Assembly: GCA_050230475.1 (NCBI GenBank)
Contig: JBFLGF010000169.1
Span: 1 to 59,384, forward strand
DNA from: Ancylonema sp.
Lineage: Eukaryota
Direction: 5' to 3'
Length of the DNA stretch: 59,384 nt
In this document: piece after piece, positions 53,391 through 59,384 of the stretch
How positions within the stretch are numbered: position 1 is the first letter of the stretch
How the letters are laid out: every line of letters starts with the position of its first letter
Translations under genes and position numbers: made by a program
Notes under the pieces: generated by a model
What the model was told of the DNA's origin: nothing
What the model saw: only the letters and a program-made list of their open reading frames with translations
The model's database searches: none

Positions 53391-53899
53391 AGCATTTGGA
53401 GCGGGGACCTCTGAAAGTCACACTAGGGAACCTACCGGGTATTCATTTGAAGGTTATTAATCTCTTAGGGACCTCTTCGTATTTAGGTGCAGTTAGGCAT
53501 TTCTTCTTAAAAACCCGTAAGCCGACATTCTTTGCATTCTTGACTTCGGGGATTTGGCGATTGGCGTTACAGCTAAACCCCGATATAAGAAACCTAGAAA
53601 AGAGGGGGAAATAAATGTTGATAGAAGATACATCTTATACCGTGAATCAGATATTGGACATATTAAAAAAAAAAAAAAAAAAAAAAAAATGAGATACCGA
53701 CATATTAGGGGTTAATTTGGGTGAGGGAAAAAATTGTTCGGTAAATCGATAGTTCGTTTCGTGCATAATAATTAGATCAAAAGAAGATTCTAGTATATAG
53801 GTAGATATGACGGGGATATTGATAAGGGCTGGGTAAGGATATCGGGATGACTAGATGAGTCAGCAATATGACTAGACATTCGCGACGTTGTTGAGAATG

Positions 53900-54082
53900 T
53901 GTCATGACGCTAGAGATCGCTAAGGCGAAACCCCTTTAGATTGATTAGAAACCCCTCTAGATGAATACTCTACTATAACGAGGGTATTTGATACAACGAT
54001 TTTCTAGAATTAGTACTTTTCTAAGAAAATAGTGAAGTACGAAATTTGTACGACTTGAAAATAACGCGTGGCGTATTTTCCG
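53900..54082 (+). repeat. LTR-like repeat start (TGTCATGAC...), inverted copy of 56751-56933
   Basis: ~180 bp of high similarity to the reverse complement of 56751-56933. Confidence 0.8.
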
Positions 54083-54654
54083 NATCCTAGAGTCGACTAG
54101 GGTCGACTTTCCTATATCCCGTCCATAGGAATGCCTCTAGAGCATTCCTAACAACTCATGTATTTACACTCATTTTGAGTTGTCATTATACCAACACAAC
54201 CAATCCATCCGGCTCATGCCTTCTTGTCCTATCCGGCATTTCGCCATCTTGCTGCTTGTGTGCATTTCGCGACTTGCTTGCTAGGGACGCCTTTGCATCC
54301 GCCCCTAATAGTAGGCTTCGGCCAAGTATTTAATGTATTGAGTATGCCACGCTAGTTCCGCGGGCTGTATTATTTAATACCATTAAATATGAACGAAACG
54401 GCATGTCGGTCTGGGCGGCGTGGCATGGGGGCACCGTGCCGGGGAGAGCTCTATGATTGGCCCGGCCATGCCTAGACGCGTGGGTGCGCAGCGTGTCCCC
54501 GTGGACAGGATATTCACACCCATGGCTATCCGGACACTTGTTCGGTAGTAGGGCGTATTTTAGCCATTAGTGACAGGGCGTGCACCCTGATTGGCAATAG
54601 GATACCCGATCTTACCCTACGTGGTAAAATCACGTTTACTACTTGAGCCACTAC

Positions 54655-55979
54655 ACGTGCACAAGGACATTCCACGTCCTCACAGGCGGATCCTGGTCAT
54701 GCGAGTGGCCTGTACAATCCCGGGTATTTGAGGTTGTAATCAACATATATGCTGATTGTACAGCTCAATTTCAAAATCGGTTTCGATCTCTGATTCGGGC
54801 TCATTACCTGCTCTACCTATTATCATGCTTCCACTAAGATATTTACGGGCAGGGAAGACCCCCTACCCTTACAGCGTGGTCATCTTGAATTGACTGCATA
54901 ATCATGTTGCATAATCATCCCTCATCTTATCCTTTGTGGTAAGATTAGGTTCACTACCTGCGCCACTAAACGTGCACGAGGAAATTCCACGTCCTCATAG
55001 GCGGATCCTTGTAATGCCAGTGGCTTGTACAATCCCGGATAACTGAGGTTGTGATCAACATATATGCTGATTGCACAACTCAATTTTAGGATCGGTTTCG
55101 ATCTCTAATTTCGGGCTTATTACCCGCTCTACCTATTATCACGCTTCCACTAAGATAGTTACGGGCAGGGAAGATCCCCTACCCTTAGGGCCTGTTCATC
55201 TTGAATTGACTGCATAATCATGTTGCAAGCCCGTCGCTTTAATTTGTCCCATTTCTCTATTGATTTTAATACCGCATCAATTTGTCCTTGATTTGTAATC
55301 GCTCCGTCTCTTAGATTCGGCGCTAGAGGAGGACCTGGTCTTGCCTCACTTCCCATTGTCAAGTCGAGTGCCTCGAAGTTGTCGAGTGTTCGCTACATCT
55401 TCGACTCCCAGGTTGCAAAATTCTCCTCCGTGAGTTCATAACCCGTCCGGATTCCCCCCTGGTCTGATACCATGTTCGGATTCAGACATTGGTGAAAATC
55501 TATACACCAGCTGACGCTTTGTGACAGTCTATGGACCGGTTTACGCTTTTCCAGAAAACCTGTTCACCAGCTGACTCTAGTTGACAACCTATACATCGGC
55601 TGCAACTTGTGACAACCTATATATTGGTTGACGCTGACTATTACTCGTAACATACATAACAACAAGCAACAAGGTGTTTGAAATGAAATGGTAGATGAAA
55701 AGAATTACTTCGAGGTTGTCACCAATATAGGCTTTATCTCTCGAGTTACAAATGATCTCGAACATTCCAACTACCGTAAAACATTTGACGTGCTGTTTGG
55801 AGTCGGCCGCCCGGAATGATATTCTTCGTACTTTGATTTCGTAGTCCCGGATGTTTCTCAGAATAATGACTGTGGTAATGCTTGAGGTTGAGTAATGATG
55901 ATGTTGACCGAGTTGGTATCGATGTCGTTTGAAGGTGATCGAAGGTTCTCAGGTGGAGTTGGTGGTCCGGCTGCTCTCA
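54655..55979 (-). mobile_element. Copia-type 5' end: LTR 55979-55473, tRNAi-Met PBS 55472-55461, degenerate gag with a ~255-bp tandem duplication
   Basis: TGAGAGC...CCGAACA followed by TGGTATCAGACC; gag ELTEENFATWESKM..KRRACNMIMQSIQD; 54660-54915 repeats 54975-55228. Confidence 0.75.
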
Positions 55980-55984
55980 CTAAG

Positions 55985-56933
55985 TAGTATTGCAAATTCA
56001 GTCTCTGCTGAGATATCAATATTATATCTATCACACGTCTCAGCGGTCTGGTGAAATTCACTACTTAACGCCGAGGGCGAGCTAACAGATGGTTTACGGT
56101 ACTAAAGTCTGTGAAAATACTATAAATCAAACAAGATAGTCTAGAGCAGACTATCAAGGTTAGCAGCCGTAAGAGTTACTTTCGGTGCGAGCGCGTCGAT
56201 AAAGGTTGATGGCTCAGAAAGAGCGTCAGCAGACAGGTGTTTACAACAAATATTCAGATGAATCAGATGTTTAACACACACACACACACACAGAGATTGC
56301 AAAGAATGATTTGCAATCTTACCGGCTGGCTGACGGATGTCACGCTGAGTCGGAAGACGAGCACGTTGCGAAGTCGCGTAAGCGAAGGATGCAATATACA
56401 CAGAATTGCAATGAATTAAGATTACAGAAGATTGTTGGAAGAGATTTCTTAACAGCGCAATCTGACAGCGGAAGCTGGCAGATCTGAAAGTACAAATTTC
56501 TTTTATCAAAAAATTGTTGCGCGGTGCTAAACCCTAACCGGCATAGTTAACTAGAGTTAGTCTATCGAAGATCACGACAGGCTGGCTTCTAGAACATTAC
56601 AATTCATCTCGGCGCTCCGTCGGCGCGAAATATTACTCTAATTCTACAACTGGATTTAATCGCCGGAATTATCGACATCTCAAAAGAGACTTGTGATTTA
56701 AACAAAATCGACACGCACCTATTTGTTGAAGACTGCTGGATTCTAGACTTCGGAAAATACGCCACGCGTTATTTTCAAGTCGTACAAATTTCGTACTTCA
56801 CTATTTCTCTAGCAAAGTACTAATTCTAGAAAATCGTTATATCGAATACTCTTGTTATAGCAAAATATTAATCTAGAGGGGTTTCTGATCAATCTAGAGG
56901 GGTTTCGCCTTAGCGATCTCTAGCGTCATGACA
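55985..56933 (-). mobile_element. LTR-like segment of a second family, lying between two copies of the first LTR
   Basis: Starts TGTCATGAC at 56933; related to 53900-54082 and weakly to 30080-30580. Confidence 0.55.
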
Positions 56934-56935
56934 GC

Positions 56936-57141
56936 TGACGTGCTGTGTGGAGTCGGCCGCCCGGAATGATATTCTTCGCACTTTGATTTCGTTTTCCCGG
57001 ATGTTTCTCAAAATGGTGACTGTGGTAATGATCGAGGTTGAGTAATGATGATGTTGACCGAGTTGGTATCGATGTCGTTCGAAGGTGATCGAAGGTTCTG
57101 AGGTGGAGTTGGTGGTCCGGCTGCTCTCACTCCCCCCCCCC
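56936..57141 (-). mobile_element. PPT plus truncated 3' LTR (same family as the LTR at 55473-55979)
   Basis: A G-run PPT precedes TGAGAGCAGCC at 57129; 56936-57131 is a close direct repeat of 55786-55981. Confidence 0.8.
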
Positions 57142-57994
57142 AGTTGTGGAACGCTTGTGAAGGAGCTGGGAAACAATAGCAGACGAGGTTGTATAAGAAC
57201 ATGACAAAAATGTGCCGTGGTTGAGTGGCAGAAATGGAAGGTAAAGGTAAGCCAGAATCACCAGTAGAAGGTAATCGTGTGCTTAATAATGCAAACAATG
57301 CATCAGGGTCAGGTGCCGATCCCTGTGCATAGGTAGGAAAGGTAGAATCATCCAAATATGTGTAGATGGAATGGTCATAAGCTGGGGAAGATGGTACTTC
57401 CAGTAAGTCTGGTAGACTATCGGGTATACTGAGAGAATCCAAGAGTGTGGATAGCGAGGTAGAAAATGGTGATAAAGAAAAATGTAGTTGTACAGGTGGT
57501 ACTGAGGATGGTTCCAATGGTTTGTATTTGAAAGTGTGGTTGAGAAAAGAGAAATCTTCTTGTTGTTTGTGATGGTGTTTCCTCGTGTGGTAAGAGGCAG
57601 CATGAGATGTGGGTTGAGATTGTCGTCGTGGGTTGTTGGATATCCAAGTGATATTTGGTAGGTTTGGGATGGTTGAGAACTGGTTTTGAGTGTTACTGTG
57701 TTGACCACGTGAGGATCGGAGACCAAAATTTCGTGGACCGGAAGGATCAAGTTTGACCGGTGTGTTTTTAGGCCTTAGTTCGCTTGGTTTGGCTGAATTT
57801 GCGGACCGTGGTCGAGGACCGGGTTTCGATACCATTTTAGGTCCTAAATTGCTGGTTTGACTTTTGACTGTATTGGTTTCGCCCGTAGTCTGGTCGTGAA
57901 GCTTGACTTGAAATTTGGATTTGGTCCGTTCGTGTGGTTTGACAGAATTGGTTGAAATTGGTTGACCAGAGGATCTAGTGTCCCTCCCCCCCAA
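57008..57994 (-). CDS. Ser/Pro/Thr-rich ORF of unknown function running into the 3' LTR
   Basis: 328 open codons, non-ATG start in the ORF track, no recognisable domain. Confidence 0.3.
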   Translation of the reverse strand: MGGRDTRSSGQPISTNSVKPHERTKSKFQVKLHDQTTGETNTVKSQTSNLGPKMVSKPGPRPRSANSAKPSELRPKNTPVKLDPSGPRNFGLRSSRGQHSNTQNQFSTIPNLPNITWISNNPRRQSQPTSHAASYHTRKHHHKQQEDFSFLNHTFKYKPLEPSSVPPVQLHFSLSPFSTSLSTLLDSLSIPDSLPDLLEVPSSPAYDHSIYTYLDDSTFPTYAQGSAPDPDALFALLSTRLPSTGDSGLPLPSISATQPRHIFVMFLYNLVCYCFPAPSQAFHNWGGGVRAAGPPTPPQNLRSPSNDIDTNSVNIIITQPRSLPQSPF

Positions 57995-58039
57995 AGTCGA
58001 GGTTGGTAAATACCTTTGTTCCGAGGTGAGGGGCGATCC

Positions 58040-59143
58040 CTATGGTTTGGTGCCTTGCAAAATTTCCGCCAGGATCATGATGAGTCGTCCATCCATCATG
58101 TGGCCTAGGTGCGAGGCGCGCATGGCGTCGGTCATGCGACTATGAGCTGTGTATCCCACAGGTCTTCCAAGAGCTTGTTCGATTTCAAATGGAGAAGGTG
58201 GCACGTATTGCTGAGATGGTGCATCGAACAGCATCCCGATGCCGGGTCGTCCATATGATCGCAGCGTATAGTCACTTGTCCAGAGGTAAGGACTCAAGGT
58301 GGGAAACACAGCCAGGCGGTTGCTCATGCAGTTGAGCTTTTGAATAATCAGGTCGGAAAGGGTCAGGATTTGTGCTGTGTGCCCTGGTTGCATAATGTTC
58401 TGCAGCGGCTCCCGGGTCTGCCACGTAGATTGCGCGAGTTCCAGCTCGCGTGGTGTGATAAAGTTGGTCCACACCTTGGTTGGGCGATATATGTGGCCTG
58501 AGAATTGGAGTGGTTGAAGCTCGGCAGCGTTGCCAAGGAATGCACGCGCCACATGGTACAGGTCGTCCACCCAAGGAGGGTCCTCAGGTGTGCCGATGTG
58601 GGTGTAGAAAATGTGCGGCGGGTAGAATTTTGCGAGTTGGGCGCTGTAGTGGATCCACTTGATGACAGCGAGGAGAAGAGCGAGGCGATGGTCTTGGCCG
58701 CCGCGAAGTGGGCTGTAGGTGCGCTCCACCTCCGTGTGGTAGTTACCACCGACTACGTCGAAGGGGACTTTCTGACGGAAAAGTGCGTCCATCTGCTCCG
58801 TTGTCGTGTCGGTGACGATGGTAGAAAGAATTTTATCATAGTGTTCAATCGCCGAGTTCGGCAACTGGTCTGGGAAGCAGAGTTGAAGTTGTCTCAGCTT
58901 CTGGCGATATCTGTTTTTGGTGTGGATGCAGTCCGTCTGCGGCTTGACGTGCGAAACAATGGAGCCTCCCTCGAGACAGATCTCCACAATCTCCAGATTG
59001 CCGAAGGGGATGTATATGTGCAGTCCACGAGCCTCAAAAGCTAGTTGCGTGGCAATGATGGTACGCGGGAGTGCGTATGCACCTTGAAATATGGGACCTT
59101 CCCAGGTGATGGTAGGTTGGATTGGTTGGTAGTCGTGTTGCAT
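58040..59143 (-). CDS. Divergent DNMT3-like C5 cytosine methyltransferase homologue within an LTR element, catalytic motifs altered
   Basis: Motif order matches retroelement DNMT3-like proteins: GLHIYIPFG (I), FPDQLP, FDVVGGNY (IV, no PC), RPTKVWTN (VIII), FPTL, GIGMLFD, PSPFEIEQALGRPVGYT (IX), R..HLGHMMD (X). Confidence 0.65.
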   Translation of the reverse strand: MQHDYQPIQPTITWEGPIFQGAYALPRTIIATQLAFEARGLHIYIPFGNLEIVEICLEGGSIVSHVKPQTDCIHTKNRYRQKLRQLQLCFPDQLPNSAIEHYDKILSTIVTDTTTEQMDALFRQKVPFDVVGGNYHTEVERTYSPLRGGQDHRLALLLAVIKWIHYSAQLAKFYPPHIFYTHIGTPEDPPWVDDLYHVARAFLGNAAELQPLQFSGHIYRPTKVWTNFITPRELELAQSTWQTREPLQNIMQPGHTAQILTLSDLIIQKLNCMSNRLAVFPTLSPYLWTSDYTLRSYGRPGIGMLFDAPSQQYVPPSPFEIEQALGRPVGYTAHSRMTDAMRASHLGHMMDGRLIMILAEILQGTKP

Positions 59144-59384
59144 TTTAAGGTGTGCCGCACGAAGATAAATCTAGCCATTGCTTCTGATGAGCTAGTAGTG
59201 AGTGTCGCCGTAATGCGGGATTTCTGGCATGTAGATGGAATCCGCCAACTTGCTACGATCTGCTCCGGAGAATGCCTCCGGGATGCCGCCCATGTTGAGG
59301 AGATGCGCCATAGCCGGTTGAACGAATGCTTGTCGAAAGGTAAAATCTGACACACTGGTATTCGTGCGTGCCAGACGCTGAGCA

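Overview
Eukaryotic nuclear DNA, most likely from a streptophyte (charophyte-type) green alga; this is inferred from the plant-type TOM20, HEN1, ACX3 and ADP-glucose phosphorylase genes. About six spliced host genes sit among nested transposon remnants. The genes are a 5' part of acyl-CoA oxidase, an intact TOM20, a small membrane protein, a 3' part of HEN1, a plastid-type multipass membrane protein and a GalT-like ADP-glucose phosphorylase, plus a MATH-BTB pseudogene. The transposons include Copia, Gypsy, PIF/Harbinger, a CRE-like LINE, and hAT and Tc1/pogo MITEs. Four features stand out. (1) A 5.9-kb Harbinger element (29-bp TIRs, TAA target duplication) splits a Gypsy pol gene and encloses an intact four-exon TOM20 gene plus a second gene. 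(2) An LTR element carries a DNMT3-like cytosine methyltransferase homologue that lacks the catalytic motifs, and its LTR matches an LTR-PBS-Copia gag start. (3) A ~235-bp LTR-like insertion contains a tRNA-like Pol III unit. (4) A two-copy unknown element has convergent ORFs, one with a Cys/His finger. All family calls come from motif recognition by eye; no database search was run.
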